A stretch of 64,000 bases of DNA. Source: Seison nebaliae (Eukaryota). Location of the stretch: NCBI GenBank assembly GCA_023231475.1, contig JALJEE010002922.1, positions 1-64,000 of the forward strand. Reading direction: 5' to 3'. Position 1 is the stretch's first letter; every line of letters starts with the position of its first letter. This document shows positions 11,047 to 25,086 of the stretch, piece by piece. The notes under the pieces are model-generated. The model ran no database searches and was not told the origin of the DNA. It saw only the letters and a list, made by a program, of their open reading frames with translations. The translations under genes were made by a program, and so were the position numbers.

Positions 11047-14000
11047 TATAATTGAAGGAAAATTACTTTCACCCATTAATCCTCTATCATATGGGAATAT
11101 TCTCTCATACAAATTTAATCAGTCAGATTTTGTTTTTTGCTTCAAATCATTTTAAATATTTCCCTTCTTATTTTTTTAATTAGTAAAATGTGATTCATTT
11201 TTCTTTTGGCTTCTAAAATATTTCTCTTCGTTCATTATATAAGTGCTCTTATTCTTCCTATCATTCTATTAAACTTTTCGATATAAAATTTATGAAATAA
11301 AATTTAAATTTAAAAAAAATTAGATTTCTATTAAAAATTCCGTTTAATTTATTATTCAGTTTAAATATATATTTATGATATGATTAGAAGAAATAAAAGT
11401 TTATTGAAGGAAAATGATGAGCAAGTGAGGAATGAAAATTTCTCATGTGATTATCATGTTCGTCCGACTTTATGTTAAGATCACATATCCTTCAATTTAG
11501 CTGACATTGATTCGACTCTTTATGAACTGAAGATATTTATGTGATAATGATGCAATTATGCATAATTAATGTTGCTCAGAAGAGATGATGATTTTAGGAT
11601 GGTTCAGTTTCCGTAATTCTCTTTCGCTAAAAGAAAAGACTTGGCATTCTCTTCGAAAACTCTTCCCAATATATTATTCCTCCATTAATTTCAAGTAATT
11701 TATTAATATGTGAAGGAGGAATAATGTATATGTAATTTGTAATTCTCATTCAAGTTAAATCAATATTCCCAAAATATGAATATCACAATTATATCGAACA
11801 AATATTATATGAATCCAATACCAATTCTATTTCCTCATTTCTCCTCCTTTTCTTGTGGGAGTTAAGAAAGTTATGAAACAAAAACATAATGTAACGAATA
11901 CTATGAGAGCTAATTCGCAACTAATTTTAACTTTTATGACATATCATCTTCTATTACATTCGAATCAGATACGTACTAGTTTATTATATTGGTTTAAAGA
12001 ACTTAATCCCAATATCGTGACCCATAAAATTTGTGGATTTTCTTTTTCTCTAATATTATATCAATAGACAATCGTTGTGTATTTTCAATCGATTATTGTA
12101 CGAGTTCAAGGTGATTCCATAATTTTATTATTTGATCAAATAAACTTCTGTTTATCTCAATCATCCAAGTTTCATACAAATACCGAAATGGAATTGTTTC
12201 ATATAAAAAAGAGTTTGAAAGAATTTCTTGTGTTCTTCTCACAATACTTCGCCCAACTTATGATTACCGGAAGTCTATCTAATATAGAATAAGAGATAAA
12301 TTTCTGATATTTCTCTTCGTCAATTTGATGAGATGCGGTTCGTCTTTAATAGAATTAACGGTTGGTGTTAAAAGGAAGACGAAAATTGAGAGAAATGCAG
12401 ATAAGTTTCGAACGAAAAAATCGTTTTCGGTTGCTCCATAATTATTTCCTTAATTCTCTTCCGATGAAAGGTGAATTATAACATCAATATATTTCTGTTT
12501 ATTTTCAAACAAAATGGGCGTCGGTTCGAACGGAAATATATTCTTTCGTTTGCAGCTTCTTCTCCCATTACTTCCCAGCGCATTGTCTCCTCTTGAAATA
12601 TATTCTCCTAAAACTGGAGAATGAAATTAGAGAAAATTTCGAAAAGAAATTTTTGTCAGATGATTTCCTTTGCTAAAATACGACGAAGAAAATTGAGATA
12701 TTTATAATAAGATTGAATGATTTGTTATTAATATCAATTAGCAACATCAATCGTTTCGTTCTTTATCGAAGTATCGATGCTCAAGTGAAATAGGTGTTCC
12801 ATGAGAAAGAGTGTCAGCATATCGATGTCAACGATAGCGATGTCCTTCGCAGCATAGTCGGAATGTTTATTCTGATTAATTGGGAAATGTTAGTTGGGAG
12901 GTGAATATGCAAAAAAGAAACATTCAATCCACTTTACATACATCTCCTTCCCTAAATTAATTTCATGATGAGTATCTTATCTCCTAATGCCGAATATCTC
13001 TAAGCAATTTCAACGACATCGTCAAAGACAAATTGGATTTACAAAAAAAGAAAACAACATTGTGTTAATTGAACTGTTTCAGATCACGATGAGAAATGGG
13101 TCATCGATCGTTAACGACTAGTTTTGAATATTTCGCTAATTCTAAAACCATCTTCTTATCGTTATCGACACATTATTAAATGTTTTCATTTCGCTACCAC
13201 ATCTGATGAACGTCCTTATGTGTGAAGCAATAAAACTATTTCATTTGTAATTAATCTTGTTTTTCTTTTTTAGTCTCTTGTTATTCTTCGTTCGCTCCAT
13301 AACCGCTAAGTGAATTCAATTTATTTCGTTCATTGATATGTTAATTAATCGAGGTACTACGACAAATTCTCACTAAATCCAACTTAATATTTATTCTCTT
13401 CCACCAATTTATCGTCAGTTGGTAGCACTAAAAATAATAGTATCAAAAAACTAATAATGTTATTGATAACGACAGATGCCACTCGTCTAAATGAACCGGA
13501 ACAGCATAATGTGTCGAATGTCGAATGAATATGATTCGTATTTTCTCAATGAAGAATGATTAAAATTTTCTCTTTTTTACGGGAGGTTGAAGATTGAAAT
13601 TTTCTGTCAAACAAATTTCTCCTTCAAATTATCAGACAAAATTTCTCCTCTTATCAATTATTGCCACTAGAAGAGAAATCGAAATTCTTTACTTTTTCCA
13701 AAAAAACATCTCTAGTTTTCGACTCAACCTTCCGACTATTGGCATCACAGTTCCAATCAGTAAATACATAATAATTATGTGTTGGAATGTGTTGGAAGAA
13801 ATTAATTAGAACAACACACTTTACGGCTCTTCGGAATTGGTGTCCATCGAGAATTGGAATAGTCGACACCATTTCTATTCTTTGTCGTTAAACCCTTCGA
13901 AATTCCTCTCCACCTCAATCGAATTGGAATGAGTAGAATAATTAATTTTCTCAAACTCCTCATATTTCACGAATGTTTCTTATATAATCTCTCGTCAAAG

Positions 14001-17000
14001 AATGTACATTGTACAATCGATAAAATTTAATTTTATTCAATCAACAATTCATTTTATCATAAATTTCTTTGGAAGATGTTCGACTTCTTCTCAATTTCAT
14101 GGAATAAATTTCTTTATTGGAATTATATTATCTTTCTAATTGATCGATTCTATTCTATTCGTTTTTTGTTGTGTCCACCAGGAATTTACCACATTAATTC
14201 ACATCAATAAAATTTAAGAGAATTCTTTCACACAATTCCCAATGATAGACCTCCCACTGTCTCTCTCTTTCTCATCAATTCATGACGAGTAGTAACAGAT
14301 GATGTAATAAAATAAAATTGATTTTATTCCATCCAACGTATTTATTTTTCCTTTGTAGCACCACCTAATTGACAATCATTCATTCTCTTATATAATTCTG
14401 GCTATTCTTCTTGTTAGTCATTCCTTCGAGATTAATATTAGACTAATCACAAGTAAAAGTATCGAGGATGGGAGTGGAGTGGATAAAGAATTATTTGTAT
14501 CTTCTTTCTCGCTACTGATGGAAGTTGATAAGTTATCGATTGACATCTTGTTGTCAGTGGAACCGTATTATCATTTCCTTTCTACTTCCGCTCAACATCA
14601 TCATTCTTATCGAATTCGTTATTTGAGATCATCTTTTATTATTCGTTTTTTCACAGTTATTTAGTGTCGAATGGACGTTGGGCAGTTGATATAATGTTTT
14701 TAAATATACTCTAATCATCTTACTGACGAACGACCACAAAGAATGAGTCAAATTGAGTCAAATGTCAATATTTACACTTGCATCAGAAAATCGTTTGTTG
14801 ATGATTCATCTCATAACATAATGATTTGAAGATGTACGATTAGACAATTGGATGAAATCATCTTAGGGGAGAAACATCATCCAAATATTTAGGCTAAAAG
14901 AATTGGGCTCTCTTTATCCAATATCGGTCAATATGGTGAGAGGAAAAAGTGAAATTTCGTCTATTTCGGAAGCGGATTTGTTCGTCCACACTTCCTCCTC
15001 ACCACAACAATTGTTGACAAACAAATGGTGCAGTTTCTAAAAAGAAAGTAAGAGTATTTTATGTTGTTTTAGGATATTTACCAAAGCTGATGCAGAACGT
15101 GCTACTATCCAACTCAGATGTTTGTTTTGTTTTCATATTTGCAGGCAGAAGTTGGTTGAAAGCGGACAGCCAATTTCCACTTTCATTTTCACGAAACTCA
15201 ACACACTTTTTCCATTACCTCATTTGCAGTTATGCAATAAATTTTTCAGGCGAATGTGTGAACGGCGAATTTTATGAGGGAGAAGGAAAAGGTGAGAAAT
15301 GACGACGTGATATGTGAAGAATAAGAGCAGATTTACCATTTCATCTCGATCACTTCCTTACACGAATTACAATTTCTCATATTCAATTCAATTAGTAGTT
15401 GAGTCCAACTACATATCTCTCCAAGTACACTATGTACAATACGACGGATGAGCAGAAATGCGAAGAAAGATTGACAAGAAAAAACGGAAGTCAATTCCAA
15501 TTTTTTTCATAGAAAAAAATTTTAAGAAGAATAATGATAAAGTAATAAGCTTCTCTCTCATTGCCTTGTGGTCCATTCCGGTATGTCATTCATATTCTTC
15601 CTATTTAATATTGGTTTCTTTTACTAAATCTTCCGCATAAGCGAACACCTTTAGCATTTTCATTATCATTCGACAAAATCGTTTCTTCCTTCTTTTACAT
15701 CATATGCCGTTCTTCATCACCGACGGGTAGTCGGCCATGAAATTACTTATTGGAAATTCTCTTCCTATTTAATCGTCCACGATTATCATGATATGAAATC
15801 ATAAATATCGTGCAGTTAATAGGAAGTATCAAACATTGGCACCTTATCGAACTCACAACGATTTATTCGTATACTTATTATAAGAAGTGATATTCGGAGG
15901 ATGATTTTCTGGTAAGAAGAAAAATGTCATATGTTAATTCGAATAATAGAAATATTATATGGAATTGTATCAGATTCCGTAAAAGGATTCTCCTTCTATT
16001 TATCGACCGACGAATGATCATTGTGTTATGTCAAAACTATATTTCAATTGATATGGCCACAATGAAGACAACTCCGAACTTATCAGAGAGATTATCATAA
16101 GAAAGACACATATTCTTTTTCTGCCGAATCTATTGAACATTAATTTGATTTGTTTTGAGAACAACTAAACAGAAATGTCAACTTGCATCATTACTCCAGA
16201 TTCAATGACAGACGCCATTCTTTTTACATTTATCACTCCACCTCAACCCATCGATTGATGTAAGTACGTAAACTACTATTACGGTATTTATCCGGTTTGT
16301 CATAATCGTTTCACGTAATTACAAAACAGTCAAACAATGAGAATAGAATGAAATAAATTACGAATCGTCTAATAAATGTGAGTTTGGTACGACATGAGAT
16401 ATATTGTAAGAGATACATTTGCTCCAAACTTCAAACTATGTCGATTTATAGTCAATTTTAATATAATCGTCTCTCGCCTCACACAAATAGTCGATGAAAG
16501 GAGAGACCTTTGCTATTCATAACAATCGAGCAATTTGAACTGCCATATGATTTTCTCTCAAAATTATTTTTTTCCTTCCGTCTTACTTAAGAATATATGA
16601 TTATTATGATGATACTAGTTCAATAGTGGAAGTGAAGAGATATATGAAAGAAATGACACCCAAGATAATTAAGCCAACCACTCGCGCCATTGGGACATTC
16701 ATATTCTTTCCCTCATTCCATTCATTATTGTTAATAAGAGACGTATGATATTGAACAGAAGTGATGAATGAAATAAAACGATGGAGATGGTGAAGATGAT
16801 GATGTAACAAATTGTGGGGAATTCATTTTTGAAGTTATTCTTCCGCCACACTTCCCACGCGTATCGCGCACACCGATTTCTATTTTTTGCTATTTATTTA
16901 AGGAAGTACTTGAGTAATCCTGCATAAATATTTGATAGCGAACAGGTTCCTTTTTCATACTTTTTTCCTCAACCATCACCATTACCCCACAAGTGGAAGT

Positions 17001-20000
17001 AATATTCATCTTGAATGAAGGAGAAAGAAGTTCTTGTGATGGAAAAAAGTTTTTTATCTTTCCAAACTTCAATTTTTCGAGGTTAAACCAATAAATTCTT
17101 CTCTTCTTTCCTTCGTGACATAATTTCTTTCTTTTTCAATTTATTCGAACTCCATCAGTTTTTTTCGAATTAAAATCCTAAGACATAAGAAGATCGTCAT
17201 TAAAAGAGCGACTTGTCAAACTCGACCGATTCCATATCGACAGTCAAGTGGACAAACAATTAATTTTCACAATACTCTACGTACGTGATCAGCACTTAAT
17301 AATCTTTAGTCATTAATTCTCCAAAATGAACACTTAAACTTAAATGTTCTGCCAGTTGTTTAATAAGAAAAGAAATGTTTATTTGTCAGAATTAAATAAA
17401 TTAGAATTAATTATGTCTGTTAGTTGGTGAGGTCTGAAGTGTTAAGCTGTTTAGAATGTGGAGAATAAGTTCATTCATTCACATGTGGATACAATATGGT
17501 TAGCATGCATGCACTAACTAACCGTCTATCATATAAACAAGTCCATTCCAATACGACCACGAGAAAAGCGTCGAATAATCCGATAAATTTTTTCCGCTTC
17601 AAATCAATGTCAATATTTGGAAATAAACAAATAATTTTTGTTTTTCCAATTTAAATTTTCTCAATAATTTATCCAAAATTCTTGGACTCAGATTCTCTTA
17701 TTCAATCCTGATCATTTTATTTATAACTCTCCAAAATTGTAAAATTGTAAAAATTTATTGTTTCGGAATGAAATGACCGGAAAACTGGATCAATCGATAC
17801 GTCGTAATAAAAAATGGATTTTTTATTAGGAAAATAGAAAGCGGCAATTCTTCTATGGAGTGTGAAAAGAATAGATAGTATATAGGAATGTAATCATTCG
17901 ATGTTCATTATTTTGCAGTTTTGAAGGTTCTGTGTTTTAGGGAAGGTGTCACCGCCAATGGCCATCTTTCGACCAACTTATCTAAAGAGAGTCGTTAAAA
18001 CTGAGAAATACATTTATTTATTTCACATGTATTGTCACTAATTCCGAAAAATCATTTCAAATGGATTTCTTTCGACTCATCGTCAACTTGAATTTCATCT
18101 GACAAGTTGAATTCTCACTAATGAGAAGAAGTTCGGAGATAAATTGATTTTTCCATCAATATCTATCCTTCGTCACCTTATCTCCACTTTGGGAACATGA
18201 TGATTCGTCTGATCTTTTTCTTCTGTGAACGAAATGTAATGAAATGCACCTTCCGATATTTACCTTCATTACTAAAGATATTTCATTCCATTCCATTATC
18301 TTTCACCGCCGTATTTCTTAGATCGCCTTAATCTGATATTTCTCACAACTAAAACTTATTTTCATTTTCCTCCTTTCGAGTATTCTTTCGGTAACTGTTT
18401 CATGCTAATCCTGATAATTGCTTCGCTGTTGATTATTTAAAAGAAAGAAATCATTCGAAACGTCTACTACTGCCGCAGTCTCTCTTAACATTCTCTCAGA
18501 AATTGTCTAGACTACATCCGATTTTTTAGACCACACAGCGTTCGACAGAGAAAGGAACCGTTACTTAATTTCCTCATATTCTCTAAGCAGACCACACCGT
18601 GAAGTATTCGAACTTATTGACGATTGACGTGTAGAACTCGTTAACAATTTGGTAGACATTATCGTCTGTGATGGAATGTACTCTAACATTCTACTATAAA
18701 TATTCCTTCCGTTCAACTGGTAGGCGATGAAATGATTTTCTCTTCTTCCTGGAAATTAATACTATTCTCATTACAATCTACTTTCAATGAAGCGAATAAA
18801 AATATTCGATTTCAATAGGAAACCGATTTCTTCTATCCCAAAAACCCGAAACTTTCCGTTCATTTTATTTTCTTGCCATTTTTCTATCTCATTACGTCTT
18901 CTTTCCATGTGGAATTATTTCTTGTTCGTCACTCTGATGATAATTTTAACTTTCCTTCGTCTCGATATATGTTATCGATGTGGAATAGAAAAAGTTCTTT
19001 CTACTTTCTTCCAAAACTCCTTCCAAAACTCGTTCCAAAACTTCGACTATCGTATCAGCATACTATTATTAATCTTTATCGAAACAATGCTTCTCATTCG
19101 ACGAATACTAATAAGAGATAATAGGATGACGACAAAACAATGAGGTAAACGTGAATAGAATCGATAATGGAAAACTGGAAAGGCATTAACTCAACTTATT
19201 CCCTTTTATCTTCTCGATAACGACCTTCACATCGAACCTCCTTCCAAAAAAAGAACGACTGCTAATAATAGAACTCTATTATTTATATACAATAGTTTTC
19301 TAATATTCCACTTTTTCTTTCTTCATCTCCACAATTCGCTTTTCACCGTCAGAAATGATAAATTGCGGATAACTCCCAAATTTCAAAAGAGCGTAACAGT
19401 AAATCCATCAGAACGTCCTCCCTCCAATGATATTCCAATTAAATTACGTAATTTTAGTAAGATGAAGTTGTATGGCGAAGCCGACGGCTAAAACAACCCA
19501 AATTGCCACTTAAACTTCAAATAAATTTATCTTTTTTCCCATCTTCAGATCTCCTTCATCTTCTCAAACATCTTTCCTTCAAATTTATCTTTTAGTTGAT
19601 TTTCTTTTTTAGTAAACTCTACAAGTTATTGAGCCATTAACAGTTTCCACCGAAGAAACGATTGTTTACAAACTTTTCGCGCTTCATTCTTTTCTCTTTC
19701 GAAAAAATGTTAATTTGAGGAATTTCCGTTAGTTGGGAAACACTCCTAATTGTTTACGGAAGTACGATTGTTTTTATTTGATTTCTTTCCTTCCGAGATG
19801 ATATCGAACTCACAATAATTCGGAGGTAAAAGAATGAATGTCCGACATCATCATCATCATTATTCCTGTGTTATTCTCTCACAAAATCGTATACGTCGTT
19901 TGTCTGCTGATTTGAGAGTGTCGAATTAAGTAGTAAATCAGAGGAGCATATGTAGATTGTTGTTTGATTGAGAACGCAAAGATGTCTACTCTAATACAAA

Positions 20001-23000
20001 GGTTCTGGTGGGATTATTATTATGATGATGATAAATAGAAAATGTTATTAACATGCTAATGTGGATAGTTCCATCTAACTCATCCACAATATTATTCTAA
20101 TGAGATGCTGTATCTTTAATTAACACATCAGCGATGCATATCGATTGAGTATTCTCATCATTTTTCCTTTGCTCAAAAGAATTTTATTTACCGATCGACA
20201 AACAAATATTTCGTTCGTCTTCCCTCCCGCATATGTCATTCAATCCGCAATATTTTATTACTTAATTTAATAACAATCGATACTTTCCTATTCTTCCTCT
20301 CCCCATAAACAATTGCTTCCTATTGTCCGCCATCATTCTGACCGCCAAATTAGCCATGAGTCTCCACAATTTAACTATAATAATTTCACGCTACTTCGCC
20401 CCCATTGTCCAATTGATGTTCTACTAATTCTTCTTCCATATCTAAAGGAAATGGTAGATAATTGGTAATGTATGCGGCAGCGCGAACAAATGGATGAAAG
20501 TATTGAAATATTTTTTTCGAAAATCGTATGAAACATCTGTAAGTGGCATTCATTCACGCTATCATTCTCCAACATCTCCAATTATATTTTTCCTTTTTTT
20601 TCAAATGAATCCGATACCGAAATTTAACGTGATGCTGATGAGCTCGATTTCTCACCATCGGACTGAACGAAAATCACAATTGTCTTGTCATAACAAGTAG
20701 AGAATTATAAATTGTCCTCATCTCATCATTTCTCATTTTTATATTTATAATTAGAATGAGAATAGAACATTCTCTCCACTCACTATTTCCATTAATATGA
20801 ATGCAATCTTATGTAATGGTTATTAATTAAATTAAAGCGTCGTGTCAGGAGAGATTCCTCGTCTTGCTTCTAGCCATCCGATGACCACTTTCGACTCTTC
20901 AACTGAATAAATTAGGTCTATGTTCGTAATTTTACTTATATGGAATTAATGGACGACAGACAACATCGCTGTTGGCTTCTCATCGTCCCTCATCATCTTC
21001 CATTGCTACTGTTTCTTCTTCTCAACCTCTTCAGACATTTATTAACTATGCATTAAGAGTGCGCATTATGCATTAGTCTTTCCATGCCATAATACATTTC
21101 TCACAAAAAGCTTCTCTCAAACAAATCTCTAATCAATCAGATGGAATTAATTTTTCTTTCTATTTCGATGTTCGACGTTCGACATCGGAAAAATTTGAAT
21201 AAAGAAAATTGAAATTCTCCGAAAAAATTATTCCATCATGAATGGTATGATTGGTTTGATGACCTTAACTTCTGATCAATAAATATTCGATTAGAAGATT
21301 GATAAATAAATAATTTTTCGTTCAACAATTTGAATTATATTCTCCCCATTAATTATATTTCTAGTTCAATGATCGTTATGATGGTGGGAGATGAATATGC
21401 CTTGGCAGAAAGGAAACGAGTCCAATTGATAAGCATATAATGACATCAAATTTTTGTGGCGGTGGAACTTCTTAATAATTAAATTGAAATTAATAGTATT
21501 CATAATTTCCATCTAGTCCAACCAATCTCACCAGATGTACTTGGTATGGTTCGTCGTGTTGACAGCTGTACAAATTTATGCAGCTTTGATTCTTCTACGC
21601 TATCATCGATTACCATTTTTACCAATCGAATATCGATAGTCAGATTTGTTCATAATTTCTTATTCTAACCGAATGTTTCCATTACCAATTTTTATTATTC
21701 CAACCGATTATTTCTATTGCCAATCTTTTTTATTCTACCCGATCCACTATTCCACTAGTAACCGAGACTCATCTGTTTCGTATTAGCCGTACGGCTTGTT
21801 ATCGATTAGATAAATAACATCTTTTTTTACATATCAATGAAATAAGTTTTCCTTTAGCAAACATTCGTGTAAAAAGGATATCGGTTATTCTTATGAATAA
21901 TGAAAAAGACGATCAAAAAGAAAGACATATAATTTTTTTCATTAACAACGTCTTCTTTTGAAAATGGCCGAATATTGATGAAGAATAAACAGTGGAACTA
22001 TTCTCATTATTCTTTATTGGAACAGGTTAGTAATAACAGCAGAAGGAAAATAACAACAATAAAAGAATATTTAATTTAATGTGAGTTGATAAGGTTTCTT
22101 CGTTGTTTTTGGAGGGGAAGTTTAATCAAGTAGGGAGAAGTGTAATGACATATAAATAACGTTTACCTTTTCCTTCAATCACTCAATTAAACTCATCAAT
22201 CAACCAGTCCTATTAAGAGAGACCTGATTATAATGATGATGAATTGAAGAGGTTGCGTGAATCCTTCGTCAACATTCCACGCATCACTACATTCCCTTTA
22301 TGTGAGAAGTTTGCATCGAAAAGAAAACATGAATCACTCATTCTTCTCATTCCTCCCCAACATCCCTAATAGTACTTGGGTGATTCTGTTAATAAACTTG
22401 TCAATCGAAATATTTTCACGTCCAATCTATTTCTATTGTTTCCTTTCACTAACTCACTCGAAATAACAATATTGGAATTATAATTTGGATTAATCAAAAA
22501 AAATAGCTTAATTCACCTATCGTATCATCCACCTTAATTATAACCTTCATCAACGAATTGTATTGTTTGAGAACTGTAATAAGGACAATTTTAATAAAGG
22601 TCAAACATCTTGTAGTGGAATAAGAAGGATATAACTTTTGTCTTGGTTTTTAATAGTCCGATCAGAAGAAATCAGTTTACATGTAATTATTATCTATTGA
22701 ATGAATGAAGAATGAGATGAGTATATGTTTGTTTAATGATGAACAATCTTTCACACATACAGCGACGACATCAAATTGATTTCATTTCTCATTTATCAAA
22801 ACTCAGGGTGTTGCAGTGAAATATTTGAGAGGTCTTTCGTGAAGACAACCTTCAACACAACTGGAATTAATCATCTTGAAACCAATTGTTTATCCTACCA
22901 AATAGTTAATCGATCATTCGATACACTTCCACTTTTTTTTCGATTAGAGTCCATTTCCATCAGATTCTTCTTAAATCTCTAAATTTCCAATTAATCGATT

Positions 23001-25086
23001 CCACTTATTATAAATGAGTCGTAAGAAAAATGAATTATTATTATTTAGTTTAGAGAAAGAACATCTAGTTCGAAATAGATTCCCATGTTAGTTCAATAAT
23101 TCTCATTTTGTTTTCATAAGAATTTATCGAAAACTTCTCAAGAAGATATCTAGTATCAACAAAATAATTAAATTCATCACATTCCTCTTCTATTAATTCA
23201 TTCCATTCCCAATTTTCGGATTAGTTCATTCTTTCAGAATTATCAAAATTCTTATGATTAAATATTCACATTTCTATTTGCAATTCATTCAAACTATCGA
23301 CGAGAATAAAATATCTAATCCCGAAATAAGTAGTCATTTATCAAGAATTTATAAAGTATCTATCCTCAGGAAAAAGTTTTTTGGATTAAGATTTCATCAG
23401 TTCAACGTCGATTAATTTATTTACAAAACAACTAAACCATTTCATCGCATGCTCATTTCAATTTTTTTTATCACCAAAATATTTCTGTGGTAATTTCAAT
23501 CAAAGAATTTTGTTTAAACAGATTTTCTTTCACTTTTTGTTAATGAGTCGAAAGAATTTCAATTTTCCCGTTCATCTTCTCGTTCAACAACTTCATCATT
23601 CTCGTCATCTAGGTGTCAATAAACTTGTTAAATTGTTGGGAGGAGGTGAAGCAAAGGTCAGATGAAATGTAGAATGTCGACAAGTACGTCATGAACCGAA
23701 TATACTTATCTTTCACGAACGTTGTTATGAGCCAAAACAAAATCCTTATTAATTGTTTATTATTCTTCCTAAAATTTTACGTTTGATGAGTTGATTTTAT
23801 TAATTCCATTTATTTCTCACGTTCATTATGGTTTACACATTTTCTAATGGGAAATTTAATGGAGAAACGAGTAAGTTCTTTTTATTCTCACTAAAAAGAA
23901 TAAGTTTTATCGATTTTCCTCTTCCAATTTTCTACGGCAATCAAGTGATGATATATATTAAGATAACTGATTTCAACTTACAATGTTTATCATAAAAACG
24001 ATCGTGCTAGGAGAACTGTAACTGAAGAGAAAATGTTACAGTTGGAAGGTAGAGACGATTGATGTTGAAATCACATGCCGACTCACATGTCTTCATCTCT
24101 CAGTGATACGTACGTATGCACCATAATAGTTGATAGTGATATCAAAACCGTTAAAGATTCATCAAAAAAACATTTTTTAGCGAAGTCATTATTGTTATGG
24201 AGTAAGCCGCAGTAATTTCCTCATTTCTCTTACGATGGTGTTCGAATCAGTTTGATGCACTCTCCATCTCATAAAATTGTTGAGATAATTGTGAAGGTGA
24301 ATATTTTGTGTCATCTCTGAGAGCATTGTCTATTTCACTTAAAGGAATCCATTGACACTACGTGATATCGATCAAGTTGGATCACGCGATAGTCATCTTC
24401 CGGTAAGTTCCTTCTAAATGTTCCTCCATCATTCAATCTCATGCTGCGTCGTCCATATTGGGAATTTAGAGGCCATTTCCACAAAAACGAATATAATCCT
24501 CTTATCGACGTCCCAAACCAACAATTAATTTCACCAATTTTTCTTTCTTTATGTTCTATTCTTTCGTTCTCTCTATATATGTCTTCTGGAATGATTTGTG
24601 ATGGCCATCGGCTGTATCAATATATGTATTTATTAGGGACAATGATTAATATTCTTTTGACAATGAACATTAAAGTAGCTGAGAAAAGAAATGAAAGTGG
24701 AAAGAATGACATTCGGCTATTTTTCCTTCTTTGATAATTTCGTGTAATTTAATCAGTGAAATTTTTTCGTGGACGATAACAAAATCATCTGCCGATTATC
24801 GACCCATAAAGAAAAGAATAATTGTTCGTTCGATAAATGACCGGTGGTCAATTATTGTAGGGCAATGTTGGTTGGAGAATATTACGAATAATTCTTCTCC
24901 TTCTCCTTTCTCACTTGATCATTGATCACGATGATAATGATTGTAGTGTAGTGGAATAAGTTAATCTTTTAATACATCCGATACTTGAAAAGTCTTGTTC
25001 GTATTATCTGAAATAATAATTAATAATTCCATTTCTTCTTCTTCTTTCTAGTAGAATTATATCTTATGTTTCATTGTAGATGAGAA

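Noticed and set aside
11565..11585. TGTTGCTCAGAA partial match to miR-315; also seed-only matches to miR-29 (~14357), bantam (~14625) and miR-1 (~18672)
   Set aside because: The seed or the rest of the mature sequence mismatches, and there is no convincing precursor hairpin
11380..11700. Fragment EMMILGWFSFRNSLSLKEKTWH resembling the Abraxas MPN motif VVGWYxFR
   Set aside because: It is flanked by in-frame stops and I found no splice model giving a continuous ORF; could be chance or a decayed gene
14930..15330. Slightly GC-richer stretch with intron-like GT..AG segments on both strands
   Set aside because: Every splice combination I tried hit stops and gave no recognisable protein
16604..16810. 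Short minus-strand ORF with a hydrophobic segment (VVGLIILGVISFIYLF)
   Set aside because: Hydrophobic ORFs arise easily in AT-rich DNA; no linked exons or homology seen
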